Below, one piece after another: positions 1 to 11,000 of a stretch of DNA of 64,000 nucleotides. Source of the DNA: Faecalimonas sp. (GTDB taxonomy: Bacteria > Bacillota > Clostridia > Lachnospirales > Lachnospiraceae); contig JAZRQP010000010.1 of assembly GCA_045649885.1 (NCBI GenBank), positions 4,263-68,262 of the forward strand, read 5' to 3'. Every line of letters starts with the position of its first letter. The first letter of the stretch is position 1. The notes beneath the pieces were generated by a model, which saw only the letters and a list, made by a program, of their open reading frames with translations, did no database searches and was not told where the DNA came from. A program made the position numbers and the translations under genes.

Positions 1-673
1 CAAGTTTGTCGTCCTTCATCACATATTCAACGGTATCGTTTTCAATCAGCGCCCTAGTTGCAGTACCTGTATACTCTTCACCGTCACGGATTACCGTAAT
101 CTCAACATCGGTTCCTAATTCTCCACGAATCTGAGAAACTATGGTATCCAAATCCTGGCCGGTAACATCTTCACCGTTTACCTTATAGACCACATCGCCT
201 TCTTTAAATCCGGCTTTTTCTCCCGGACAATTCTTATAAATTTTTGTAAATGTAACTAGTCCACTGGTGGTATCCTGCATAATCGCAACACCGATTCCTC
301 CAAATGTTCCGGAGGTGGACTCAAAGAGTGCTGTTGTCTCTGCCTTGTCGTAGTATACCGAATATGGCTCCTGGAGACCATTTACATATCCTTTTATCAG
401 ATAATCCTGCAAAACTTCCGCATCTACTTCATCCGAATACAGATAATATTTATCAATCAGGTCCTGTATTGCCTCAAGCTTCCATAGTGTGCGGCCAGAT
501 ACAATCCCGTCTTCCCCGTTTGCGGTACTTCTTTTCATGAGAGTGGAAATAACAAGTATACCACCCACAATTAGACTTACCGTTAACATAGCAAGGGCGC
601 CGCAAAGCGCCCCTTTCCAGAAGTTGTTCTTTTGTTTTTGTTGTATATGTTCTATATGCTCGAACTGCTCCAT
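1..673 (-). CDS. ctpA: S41A carboxyl-terminal processing protease with PDZ domain, 5' part (runs off window start; not in ORF track)
   Basis: Hand translation from ATG at 673 (RBS GGAG): MEQFEH...TM helix...GYVNGLQEPYSVYY...SGTFGGIGVAIM...PGEKAGFKEGDVVYKVNG...IRGELGTDVEITVIRDG, typical of S41/PDZ proteins; lies directly downstream of ftsX. Confidence 0.85.
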   Translation of the reverse strand, partial: MEQFEHIEHIQQKQKNNFWKGALCGALAMLTVSLIVGGILVISTLMKRSTANGEDGIVSGRTLWKLEAIQDLIDKYYLYSDEVDAEVLQDYLIKGYVNGLQEPYSVYYDKAETTALFESTSGTFGGIGVAIMQDTTSGLVTFTKIYKNCPGEKAGFKEGDVVYKVNGEDVTGQDLDTIVSQIRGELGTDVEITVIRDGEEYTGTATRALIENDTVEYVMKDDKL

Positions 674-687
674 TATCAATATAACTC

Positions 688-1599
688 CTATGCTTTCAAA
701 TGTTTCTTAATCGTAAAGAAACTTCCTACAAAACCAATTCCTACTCCAAGTAATAATCCCACCGGAAGTAATGTTTTGTAAACTGCTGACGCAGGTAAGA
801 AATCCACATTCAAAATAGTACTAAAGATAGTAAATTTCGTCAGAATGTAATTAATCGCCTTCTCATATGCAAAGTAAAGCAATGTCAATGGAATGGCTGC
901 GCCAACCACACCGATAATCACGCCTTCCAATACAAACGGTGCTCTTACAAAGGAATCCTTTGCACCAATGTATTTCATGATTGCAATCTCTTCCTTACGG
1001 ATAGTAATACCCATATTAACGGTGTTGTTAATCAAGAAGATAGCTACCGCAAGCAAGATTAAAATAATTGCTCCGGACACATAAGCGATTAACATATTTA
1101 CACTCGTCAATGCATCTGCAACAAGTTCGGACTTGTTTACCTTACGTACACCGTCAATACCTTCTGCATACTTAACCAATTCCGCTTGTTTTTCTACATC
1201 CTTCATATAAACTTCAAAGTTGTCAGAATGCTCCAATGGGTTTTCAGTCCAACCATCAGCCAAATCGCTATTTTCACCCAAATAGTCTTTTCTAAATTCT
1301 TCCCATGCTTCATCTGCTGAAACATATTTCACTTCTAATACTTCTTCTCTTTTACTCAGTTTTTTCTCAATATTTTCTTTTTGTTTTTTTGTAATGTCCT
1401 CATCTAGAAAAACAACAATTGCAACGCTTTCCTCTGCCTTTTCCACAAGATATTGGAAATTGGTTATGATTGAGTAAAATACACCAAACAAGAAAATACA
1501 TGCTGCCATCGTTGCAATAGATGCAATCGAGAACATTTTATTTCTTGAAATATTTCGAAGCCCCTGTTTTACTGTATATCTAACTGTACTGATTCTCAT
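688..1599 (-). CDS. ftsX: Cell division permease FtsX
   Basis: 4-TM FtsX layout; RKEEIAIMKYIGA...FVRAPFVLEG motif; coupled to ftsE. Confidence 0.95.
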   Translation of the reverse strand: MRISTVRYTVKQGLRNISRNKMFSIASIATMAACIFLFGVFYSIITNFQYLVEKAEESVAIVVFLDEDITKKQKENIEKKLSKREEVLEVKYVSADEAWEEFRKDYLGENSDLADGWTENPLEHSDNFEVYMKDVEKQAELVKYAEGIDGVRKVNKSELVADALTSVNMLIAYVSGAIILILLAVAIFLINNTVNMGITIRKEEIAIMKYIGAKDSFVRAPFVLEGVIIGVVGAAIPLTLLYFAYEKAINYILTKFTIFSTILNVDFLPASAVYKTLLPVGLLLGVGIGFVGSFFTIKKHLKA

Positions 1600-2276
1600 T
1601 ATTTACGCACCACCTTTTTCGTATCACTCACAATGTTCCCCTTCTGCATTGTGATTACACGTTTTTTCATTGCCTCAACAATTTCATGGTTGTGTGTAAC
1701 AACGACAACTGTTGTACCTCTCTGGTTTGCCTCTTCCAAAAGTTTCATAATTTCCCATGAGTTTACCGGGTCAAGGTTTCCTGTTGGCTCATCGCACAAA
1801 AGAATAGATGGTTCATTTACAATTGCTCTTGCTATCGCAACTCTCTGTTGCTCACCACCGGATAATTCTTTTGGATTTGATTTATATTTCTGAGCCAGAC
1901 CTACCAAAGAAAGTGCGGCTGGTACTTTTTTCTTAAGCACACGTGTCGGTGTCTCCGTAACACGCAGTGCAAAAGCAATATTCTCATATACATTTCTATC
2001 TTGTAACAAACGGAAATCTTGGAATACAACTCCCATCTTTCTACGATAATATGGGATGGCTTTATGTTTTAATTTGCCCAAATCCTTTCCCATCACTACA
2101 ATTTTTCCTGATGTCGGTTCTAATTCCTTCAAAAGAAGACGAATCAAAGTTGATTTGCCCGATCCACTATCCCCCACAATGAATACAAACTCTCCCTGCT
2201 CAATCTTAAGGCTTACTCCGTTGAGCGCGGCAATCCCCTTTGCGTACTCCTTTGTAACTTCTTTTAATTCTATCAT
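1599..2276 (-). CDS. ftsE: Cell division ABC ATPase FtsE
   Basis: Walker A GDSGSGKS, VFQDFRLL, LSGGEQQRV, DEPTGNLD. Confidence 0.95.
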   Translation of the reverse strand: MIELKEVTKEYAKGIAALNGVSLKIEQGEFVFIVGDSGSGKSTLIRLLLKELEPTSGKIVVMGKDLGKLKHKAIPYYRRKMGVVFQDFRLLQDRNVYENIAFALRVTETPTRVLKKKVPAALSLVGLAQKYKSNPKELSGGEQQRVAIARAIVNEPSILLCDEPTGNLDPVNSWEIMKLLEEANQRGTTVVVVTHNHEIVEAMKKRVITMQKGNIVSDTKKVVRK

Positions 2277-2293
2277 ACGCTCCTCCTAAATTA

Positions 2294-3403
2294 TTAATAC
2301 TCCACTGTCTCCATATATTTCATATATTTCACTACCATCAATGCAATTTTGAATGTAATTGCATCTTCAAACACACGAAGGTCCAGTCCTGTGCTTTTCT
2401 GAATCTTATCCAATCGGTACACCAAGGTGTTTCTGTGAATATACAACTGTCTGGAGGTTTCTGAAACATTTAAGCTGTTTTCAAAAAATTTATTAATCGT
2501 TGTCAACGTCTCCTCATCGAAGTCGTCCGGTGATTTTCCCTCAAATATCTCACGGATAAACATCTTACAAAGCGGGACCGGAAGCTGATAAATAAGACGC
2601 CCGATTCCCAAAGTATTGTAAGCAATCACATTTTTCTCACCGAAGAAAATTTTGCCCACGTCTAGTGCAAGCTGTGCTTCTTTATAGGATTTAGAAACCT
2701 CTTTGATATCGCTTACAATGGTTCCGTATGCAATGTGGAAGCTTGCTTCACATTCCTGCTCTAAGACCTCCAATGTCTCTTTTGCATACTGGTCCATTTC
2801 TGCATATCCTTGGGTTTCTTTCACTTCTTTTACGATAATAACATTCTTCTCATCCACAGCGGTAACGAAATCCTTCGTTTGACAGCCAAGAACATTTCTA
2901 ACCTGTTCTAAGACATTCGTCTCTTTATCACTTGGCATTTCAATAATAAAGATAACACGTCTCACATCTGTGTCAACATGCAATTTTTTTGCACGATTGT
3001 AAATATCTACCAAGAGTAAATTGTCAAGTAGTAAATTCTTGAAGAAATTATCCTTGTCAAATCGTTCCTGATATGCAACCAAAAGACTTTTCAATTGGAA
3101 AGCGGCCATTTTACCAATGGTCTGAACTTCATTGCCATTGCCTGCTGCCACCAAAATATATTCTAGCTGTCCCTCATCATAAATCTTGTATAAATGACAT
3201 CCTTTCGCTTCTTGATTGTCTGCAGGAGATTTTGCAAAATCAGCCACCTTGCTCATATATTCTGTTGCATTCCCATATGTACTTGCAAGAATCTTGCCCT
3301 CCAGGTCGAAAACATGTAAATCAATTTGAGTAATCTCTTTCAATCCATCAACTGTACTTTGAAGAATTTGGTTCGAAATCATCTTTATCCCTCCGTAATA
3401 CAT
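2294..3403 (-). CDS. CdaR/PucR family transcriptional regulator
   Basis: C-terminal HTH NVSETSRQLYIHRNTLVYRLDKI; GGDEF-like middle region. True start probably MISNQ (3382). Confidence 0.9.
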   Translation of the reverse strand: MYYGGIKMISNQILQSTVDGLKEITQIDLHVFDLEGKILASTYGNATEYMSKVADFAKSPADNQEAKGCHLYKIYDEGQLEYILVAAGNGNEVQTIGKMAAFQLKSLLVAYQERFDKDNFFKNLLLDNLLLVDIYNRAKKLHVDTDVRRVIFIIEMPSDKETNVLEQVRNVLGCQTKDFVTAVDEKNVIIVKEVKETQGYAEMDQYAKETLEVLEQECEASFHIAYGTIVSDIKEVSKSYKEAQLALDVGKIFFGEKNVIAYNTLGIGRLIYQLPVPLCKMFIREIFEGKSPDDFDEETLTTINKFFENSLNVSETSRQLYIHRNTLVYRLDKIQKSTGLDLRVFEDAITFKIALMVVKYMKYMETVEY

Positions 3404-3461
3404 AACCTTTTATCATATTAATGCAAAATCGCAAAAAAATAAAGGGGAAATTGGCATTTTT

Positions 3462-4136
3462 TTATGCATTTTCCCCTTTTTTCGCCATTTCTCTCTTTAA
3501 AATCTGTCTTAAGACAAATTCTTTGATTTTTTGAAATACATTTTTCTGCCTTCGCATCTCTCCGAGCAAATCTCCAAACCCAAACCAAACTCTTGCATTA
3601 ACAAGGGTTTTGTTGCGGTAAATGAATTCTTCCTCAGATGGAGAAGGTAAAGTAGAAAGAACACAGTCTACTTCTGCACCATTCACCAAATTCAAAAGCA
3701 TATCGTCTGACACTGCGTTTTCTTCCAAAGTAGCAGTCCCTACAATCTGAATATTGGCATAATCTTCGTTCATGTAGCCTTCCAGCTTCTCTAAATCTGC
3801 ACCATTCTCAGCCAACAAAAATACCTTAATCCCATTCTTATGAAGATATCTCATCACCATCTTAATAATGAGCAATTCTTCCACTTCCTTCAAACGGCGT
3901 TCTTCTTTCACACCTGCCGCCTGCAAGATTCCCTTGTCACTTGCAAGGGCAAGTTCAAAGGATTGGAACATGGCATTTGCCTCTTCGTCCTGTTGGAACT
4001 TCCCAAGAGTGTTCATTGTAACCATCTCAATTACACTCACCGGTTCCGTTCCCATATAGTCCATAATAAGCTTCATGGCATCTTTCGCTGAAAGGTTGTC
4101 AATTTCTAAATCTAATACTTGAATTTTCTCGTTCAT
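3462..4136 (-). CDS. WecB/TagA/CpsF family glycosyltransferase
   Basis: IDNLS...ASDKGIL...KVFLL...IQIVG...LLNLVNGAEVDCVL...EEEFI matches the TagA fold; somewhat divergent. Confidence 0.75.
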   Translation of the reverse strand: MNEKIQVLDLEIDNLSAKDAMKLIMDYMGTEPVSVIEMVTMNTLGKFQQDEEANAMFQSFELALASDKGILQAAGVKEERRLKEVEELLIIKMVMRYLHKNGIKVFLLAENGADLEKLEGYMNEDYANIQIVGTATLEENAVSDDMLLNLVNGAEVDCVLSTLPSPSEEEFIYRNKTLVNARVWFGFGDLLGEMRRQKNVFQKIKEFVLRQILKREMAKKGENA

Positions 4137-4183
4137 AACCTCACCTGATTTTCTTCAGTCTCTTGATTATAACAGATTATGTT

Positions 4184-4381
4184 CTATTTTTCAACTCTCA
4201 TATCTCGGCGCTTCTTTGTGACTAATCCTCCAATTTTCCCAGTCTCTTTAGACGTCAGAGAACGCCACCCTTCCTTTAACACTTTATCTAAAAGTCCAAG
4301 CTCCTCTGCCACTTCATATTTCATCTTTTCTTCTTCCGTAAGCTCTGACATGCGAATTTCTTTTTGTTTTTTCTTAGACAT
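4184..4381 (-). CDS. Small acid-soluble spore protein (alpha/beta-type, SspF-like)
   Basis: MKYEVAEELGLLDKV...GWRSLTSKETGKIGGLV motif. Confidence 0.85.
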   Translation of the reverse strand: MSKKKQKEIRMSELTEEEKMKYEVAEELGLLDKVLKEGWRSLTSKETGKIGGLVTKKRRDMRVEK

Positions 4382-4441
4382 AGAAAAATCCCCTTTCCCT
4401 TTTTGGTAAGAGGATTTCCCTTTTTTACATATTTATTCCAA

Positions 4442-7400
4442 TTAGCAACTGATTTCTTCATGTAAAGCAAATGAGTAAATCACCTTTTCCTTCACTGGTT
4501 TTCCTGTCAACTTATGAAGCGCCTCTGCATAATAGTCAAGCTGTGTATGATAGCGCTCTACCAGCTCTGAGGCTTCTCGCACTCTATCCGTCTTATAGTC
4601 AAGCACTACCAGTTGTCCGTCCTCTTCAAAGTAGACATCCACAATTCCCTGCACAAGCACACATTGCGCTTCATCCGCATCTGTGTATATTCGATTGGCA
4701 TCAAAACTCATGACAAATGGTTGTTCCGCGTGGTAGGTACCTCTCCGGCTGGCTGCTTGCACACGTTTTCCAATAGATGAACGAAGGAAAGTCTGTATAT
4801 CGCAGATATCAATGCACGCTGCCATTTCCTCTGATAGAAATCCTTCTGAAACAAATTTCTCAACGGTGACTAAAAGGCTGTCATCTTCATAATCCTTTGA
4901 AAAATCCAAAAGTTCAAGCAACTTATGGTAGGCCGTACCTCTTGATGCACCCGTAAGTTCCGTCTCTTCTTGCAGGAATTTTGGCAGTAGCGGAATCACG
5001 TCTTCCTCTTTGAAGATTTCCTCACCTTCCTGCTCCATATACATGCGTTTCTTCAACTCGGAAACAGAGAGTTTTTGTTTCACCACCTGACTGTTTTCAA
5101 ATGGATACACATAAGAAAATTGCTCTGCAATCTGCTGTTTCATTTCTGAGGCATAGACCACATCCGTATCCCACTGTTGCAGGACATCCTTTGTAATCTG
5201 ATTGAAAATCTGTTCCTCAGCCTCTTGTTCTGCCAAATCCTCCAGTGTCATTTTTTTGACTACAAATGGAATCTCGCTCCGCATACATCTGTCACGGTAT
5301 AATGCAGGTAAAATCCAATCCATGTATTTTACAGCTTTGGCCAGATGATAATATGGAAGCTGCGTGCCTTCATATCCCTGAAGGACTGCACACTTATCCG
5401 CTTCCTTTGCCAAATCTGCTACGGTGCCTGTCAAAATCAATTTCTCTTTTGCACGCGTCATGGCCACATAAAGGACACGCAATTCCTCTGCAGTTGTCTC
5501 CCTTGCTTCCCTCAGTTGAATCATTTTCTTCAAAAATGTTGTCGTCTTAGTACGTGCAATTGGATCAACGGCATCCACACCGACGCCCAATTCAGAATGC
5601 AATACAAGGCTCTTTTTGGTATCCTGCATGTTGAATTGCTTACCCATTCCTGCCACAAAAACAATCGGGAACTCTAAGCCCTTACTTTTATGGATGGTCA
5701 TCAGACTTACCACATCCGCATTTTCATCCATAAGGTTGGCTTCCCCATAATCAACCGCGTATTTTTTCAACTGCTCCATATAGCGTACGAAATTAAACAA
5801 CCCTTTGTAACTGGTTCCTTCAAAAGCAACTGCCTTCTCCACAAGCATTTCCAAATTGGCCGCTCTTTGTTCTCCGCCAGGAAGTGCTGATACGTAATCA
5901 CGATATCCGGTCTCCTCCAGAATCTGCCACAGGAGCATGTGAATTGCCATATATGGAACACGATTTCTATAATAATTTAACGTGGACAAAAATTGTTCAA
6001 GTCGCTCTTTAATCACTTTATTCTGTCCGTATTTTGCATAATGACAAATACAGTCATACATGGTCTTTTCCTGGTTGTTGCTTCGAATGATTGCAAGCTC
6101 CTCACTGGTAATTCCGGCAAACATAGAAGTCAGAACTGCCGTAAGCGGGATATCCTGTCTTGGATTATCCAGCACCTGTAGATAGTTTAACGCAATCTGT
6201 ATCTCCGGCGTTTCAAAATACCCTTCCTGTGAACATGCATAGGTTGGAATGCCTGCATCTCCCAACACCTTGGAGAAACTTTCCGTCCACCCCTTAGCAC
6301 TTCGGGTTAGAATTACCATATCACCATATCGAACCGGACGGTATTCCCCTGTCTTTTTATCAAAGACCGTATGACCTGCCATCAAACTTTTAATCCGTCT
6401 GGCAATTGCCTCTGCCTCCACCTCAATCCGTTCCTTTGCTTTGCTCTCCGGCACTTCAATCAGTAGAACCTCCGCCTCCTTATCCGGTTTCTCTTCGTAA
6501 TCTGCACCCACATACAAGGCGGCCTTGTCATCATAATCAATTCCACCCAGACGTGGCACCATAATCTGCCGAAATACAAAATTAGTACTGTCTAAGACCT
6601 CTTTCCTGCTACGGAAATTCTTATGCAAATCTATGCGCTGTTTCTCACTGTCCAATGTGCTGTAGGAATTGAATTTCTCCATAAAGAGCTCTGGTCTTGA
6701 CAAGCGAAAACGATAGATGCTTTGTTTTACGTCTCCAACCATAAAGATATTGTAAACGCCATTCGACACACCGGAAACACTGGTTAAAATAGCTTCCTGA
6801 ACATAGTTGCTATCCTGGTATTCATCAATCATGACTTCTGCGAACTTCTGCTGATAACTTGCTGCAACCTCACTTGGAACAAAATTACCATTTTCTTCTC
6901 TCGTCAGTATCTGCAGGGCATACTGTTCCATATCGCTGAAATCAATGAGGTCTTTCTTCCTTTTCTCCTCTGCAAACTGCTCCGCAAAGCGTGCTACCAG
7001 ACCGGTTAACATCTTCATATTACCATGAACGGCCGACATATCCTCTGCCAGATTTTCCAACTCATCATAGAAATAATTTTCCACCAGCTTTTTGATATAT
7101 CCCTTCACTTCATCTCGGATATCTTTCACATGAAGAAGCTTTGCATCATCCACAATGATTCCTCTGTTGGAGCCCAATTTCTGCCATTCGATATGGGTGA
7201 TTGCCCGTTTCATTTCTGTAAAGCCTTTCGCTGCACATAGGAGTTCTATCTGTTCCAAATCAGATTGCAACGTCTTCTCGTATGCAATCGGTCCCTGTTC
7301 TTCTCTGCAAACTTTGATTCCATGCTCTAAGAGACTCTTCATGTACTGCAGGTTTTCCCGCACCTCGTCCAGAAATTCCTGCACATATGCTTTTGCTTCC

Positions 7401-8020
7401 AGCTCCTCTCCCGAACCAATGTCATACTGCTGAGCACACAGGGTAAGCCATGTGTCTGGATTCGGATAGCTTCTTGAAAATTCATACAAACGTAAAATGA
7501 GCTCTTCTAAATTTTTATCGTCCTTCCCTGTGGAAAAGCATTCAACAAAGGTCAAAAATTCCGGGGCTGCTTCCTCAAACGCCTGCTCTAATACATCGCA
7601 AACTACATCCTGACGTAACAGTTTTAATTCGCCCTCTTCACCTACGCGGAATCCCGGTTCCAAATCAATGGTATGAAAGTGTTCCCGAATCACAGACAAA
7701 CAAAATTTATGGATGGTTGTAATCTGGGCCTGATGAATCAGCGTTGCCTGCTGCTGCAGATGCACATTATCCGGCTGCTCCATTAATGCCTTTTCGATGG
7801 CACTATGAATACGCTCCTTCATCTCTGACGCAGCTGCTTCTGTAAAGGTTACAATTAATAGTTGGTCCACATTAAGGGGCGAAGCATCTTTTGTTAAGCG
7901 GGTGATAATTCGTTCAACCAGTACCGCTGTTTTTCCGGAACCGGCCGCTGCAGACACAAGAATATTGCGGTTTCGCAAGTCAATTACCTGCTGTTGTTCC
8001 TTCGTAAATCTTACTCCCAT
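4442..8020 (-). CDS. addA: ATP-dependent helicase/nuclease subunit A
   Basis: VSAAAGSGKT, TFTEAAASEM, IDEYQD, VGDVKQSIYRFR, MTIHKSKGLEF, C-terminal PD-(D/E)xK VQGIVD...LDYKT. Confidence 0.97.
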   Translation of the reverse strand: MGVRFTKEQQQVIDLRNRNILVSAAAGSGKTAVLVERIITRLTKDASPLNVDQLLIVTFTEAAASEMKERIHSAIEKALMEQPDNVHLQQQATLIHQAQITTIHKFCLSVIREHFHTIDLEPGFRVGEEGELKLLRQDVVCDVLEQAFEEAAPEFLTFVECFSTGKDDKNLEELILRLYEFSRSYPNPDTWLTLCAQQYDIGSGEELEAKAYVQEFLDEVRENLQYMKSLLEHGIKVCREEQGPIAYEKTLQSDLEQIELLCAAKGFTEMKRAITHIEWQKLGSNRGIIVDDAKLLHVKDIRDEVKGYIKKLVENYFYDELENLAEDMSAVHGNMKMLTGLVARFAEQFAEEKRKKDLIDFSDMEQYALQILTREENGNFVPSEVAASYQQKFAEVMIDEYQDSNYVQEAILTSVSGVSNGVYNIFMVGDVKQSIYRFRLSRPELFMEKFNSYSTLDSEKQRIDLHKNFRSRKEVLDSTNFVFRQIMVPRLGGIDYDDKAALYVGADYEEKPDKEAEVLLIEVPESKAKERIEVEAEAIARRIKSLMAGHTVFDKKTGEYRPVRYGDMVILTRSAKGWTESFSKVLGDAGIPTYACSQEGYFETPEIQIALNYLQVLDNPRQDIPLTAVLTSMFAGITSEELAIIRSNNQEKTMYDCICHYAKYGQNKVIKERLEQFLSTLNYYRNRVPYMAIHMLLWQILEETGYRDYVSALPGGEQRAANLEMLVEKAVAFEGTSYKGLFNFVRYMEQLKKYAVDYGEANLMDENADVVSLMTIHKSKGLEFPIVFVAGMGKQFNMQDTKKSLVLHSELGVGVDAVDPIARTKTTTFLKKMIQLREARETTAEELRVLYVAMTRAKEKLILTGTVADLAKEADKCAVLQGYEGTQLPYYHLAKAVKYMDWILPALYRDRCMRSEIPFVVKKMTLEDLAEQEAEEQIFNQITKDVLQQWDTDVVYASEMKQQIAEQFSYVYPFENSQVVKQKLSVSELKKRMYMEQEGEEIFKEEDVIPLLPKFLQEETELTGASRGTAYHKLLELLDFSKDYEDDSLLVTVEKFVSEGFLSEEMAACIDICDIQTFLRSSIGKRVQAASRRGTYHAEQPFVMSFDANRIYTDADEAQCVLVQGIVDVYFEEDGQLVVLDYKTDRVREASELVERYHTQLDYYAEALHKLTGKPVKEKVIYSFALHEEISC

Positions 8021-11000
8021 TTCGCAGCCTCCTCCCGCATGATTTCCATGGCTTCTTCCGCCTTCAGCTTTTCTAATTCCCGATATTCGTATCCGTCTAT
8101 TTTCTCGTCAAAGCCACAAATTGCCTGATAAGGACAATATTTGCAAGCGGACTGCTGGTCTAATTTGTATGGCGAAACACTTGCTTCTCCTTGCAATATC
8201 TGTTTTCCAACCTTTCGCACCTGGCGATTGGCAAACTCGGAAATAATCGCAAACTCTTCCTCAGATAAAACCTTAGAAGCCTTCGCCAGGGTACCGTTTT
8301 TATTCTTCGATACCGGAATCACCTGTGATGACTGGTCAATTTCCCTGTCTAAATGTCCAATAACCTCCGGTGAATTCAGCACAATCCCATCTGGGCGCAG
8401 TTCCTTCAAGAAGGCATCCTCTAACACCTCTTCATCCTGCACTTTTTCCACAATCGGGTCTTGCACACGATAATAGAATAATCCCGCAGGAATAATCTGC
8501 TTTCCTTTACTCTCCTGCTGACTCATTTCCATGGCAGCATTCATATATACAACTAACTGCATTTGCAGTCCATAGCAAAGTTCACCTAAATCAAAGACCT
8601 GCTTTCCCGTCTTATAGTCCACAATCTTGACGTAAATGTGGTCCTCATCTTCATAGGTATCAATGCGGTCTATTTTCCCGCGAAGCACCATTTTACCCAG
8701 TTCGTCTAACTGGATATGGGAAGTGGAAAGTTCTCGCACACCGCCAAAGGCAACCTCATATCCTTTCGGTTTGAAATCTCCTTTTCCCAGTTGTTTTTTT
8801 AACGCCCATATGGTGCGACGCAGCATCCGTTTCAGTCTTGTAATGATATACTCATTTCTTGCCGAGCTATACAGAATGGAATTGCTGTAATCTACAATAC
8901 TCTCATCCACACTTTCTTGAATCAGCTCTTCCTGTCTATCCTCCGGTATATCGCCCCAGCCATACCCCTCCTGCTCGATTTTCTTCGAAAATCGCTCTAG
9001 TGAGCTATGACAAAGATTTCCCAAATCTACGGCCTGGAATTGATATTCCTCCCGTTCCTTCAGGTGGAGACCATATGTAAGGAAATGGGCGTATGCACAG
9101 GCAGAGAATTTCTCCAGTCTGGTCACACTATTTACCAGAACATCACCGTATAGTTTCTTGGCTGTCTCTCTTGTCAGCAAGTTCTCCGGTTTTTGATAAA
9201 ATGCGGCTTCTACAATCTGCTCTATCTTCCTGCTCCACTCCGGATGCCCCTTATACCATGTATAAAGCTCCTGCCATTCCTTCGAAAGACCGGCATGCTT
9301 GTTCTGCAACCCAATCACCAAGGAATCTAAACCGCTTTCCATGGTAAGCTCCTTATCTAATAGTCCGGAAGGAACATGGCCAATTTTCATATTCGGGAAC
9401 ATATTTGTCAGCTCCGAAATCAAATAGGATGGGCGGATTGCTTTTCCATCCACAGAGGTTTTGCTGTATGTCAAATAAACCTGATTCGTTGGCTTTGTCA
9501 GAAGCAGGTATAAATAGAATTTTTGAATATATGTTTTTTCTTTTGCTGTCGGTGCTAATGTTACACCCAAATTTAAAATTTTGTCTCTGTCATATTCCGT
9601 TAAAAGTCCGCCGTTTTGCACACTTCCCGGAATATAAATATCATTGGTACCTACAAGAAAGACTACCTTTACATCCTTAATTCGGCTGCGCTGCACATCA
9701 CCCACGATGACCTGGTCAATACTAGGAGGAATGATGCCGACCTTCGCCTGCTCTAATCCGGCGTCTAAAAGTTCGCAATACTCTTGTATGGAAATATATT
9801 CATCTCCCAAAAGCTCCACAAACTGGTCCAGCACCTCGATTACAATACGGTAAACCTGTGCATATTCCTTTTCCAATGCAAGCTCACCCATTTTCTCAAA
9901 CATCAATTGATATCCTTTGACACGTTGCTGCAGCTCTGCTCTTCGGAAGAACTTTTCTAGTGCCTTAGTAACATCCAGAACCGTCTTCTTTCTGCTTTTT
10001 AGTACAGATATCACCTCTTCCAGACTATCTACAAATTCCTTTCGTATACGGTTGATTTCAGAAAGCTGACTCTCATCCATCCCGTTACTTCTGCGAATCC
10101 AAGGCTCTTGCCATTTCTTATATGTCTTAACGCCCATGGCTATGACATAGTTTTCCAGCCTGTCTATGTCTTCTCTTTCCATACCTGAAAGACCGGTACG
10201 CAAATATCGAAATACACTTTCATAAGTAAAATTCTTCTCTGCCATTGCAAGCAGACTGCGGATAAATTCCACACAGGAATTCAGTAATATGCTTCTTTTA
10301 TCATCCATGAAAACCGGGAGTCCGTACTTCGCAAACACCTGCTCGATTTGGTTCGAATATGCAGCCAAATCATTTGTGATAATCGCAAAATCATTATAAC
10401 GATACTGCTTGGTACGAACCATGTGGCGAATCCTTTGTGCCACAAAATCGACTTCTTCCCTCGGACTTTTCCCGCACCAAATCTGAATGCTGTCCTGATC
10501 CTTCTCATAATGTTCCTTCGAATAACGGAAGAGATGGGATTCCAAAAATCCCAACGCCTCATTGTCACGGAATCGATAAACCGGCTCCTGATACATACAA
10601 ACAGGCTCGTCAATAGAAGTCCCACTTTCTTTTGCAATTGCCATAAGACCGGTAACCATTTTTTTACTAAGAGCAAATAATTGGTATGGATGTTGATACA
10701 CATATGGGTTTTCCCGTTTATCCATAGTGACTGTAACCATCACCTTTTCACTCACCTTCAATAGTTCTCGAAGCAATTTATTCTGAACCGGTGTAAAGCC
10801 GGTAAATCCATCCAAAACAATGATACTTTTCTTTAGCAGCTTTGATTTTATTACAACCGAAGCAAGCACATCCAGAATTTCTTCCACTGTGATGTACTTC
10901 TCCTTTAAATATTCTACAAATCCCTCGTAGACAAGTTGAATGTCTCGAAGCTTGTAATACATGTTCGGATTACTCTCTGCCTTTTGTAACAATTCCTCCA

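Noticed and set aside
304-710. Plus-strand ORFs 304-540 and 489-710
   Set aside because: They are antisense shadows of the minus-strand S41 protease, which the ORF track missed because it runs off the window.
673-2276. ftsEX directly followed by ctpA with no M23/EnvC-like gene
   Set aside because: A minor synteny variant; ftsEX next to a C-terminal protease is a known arrangement.
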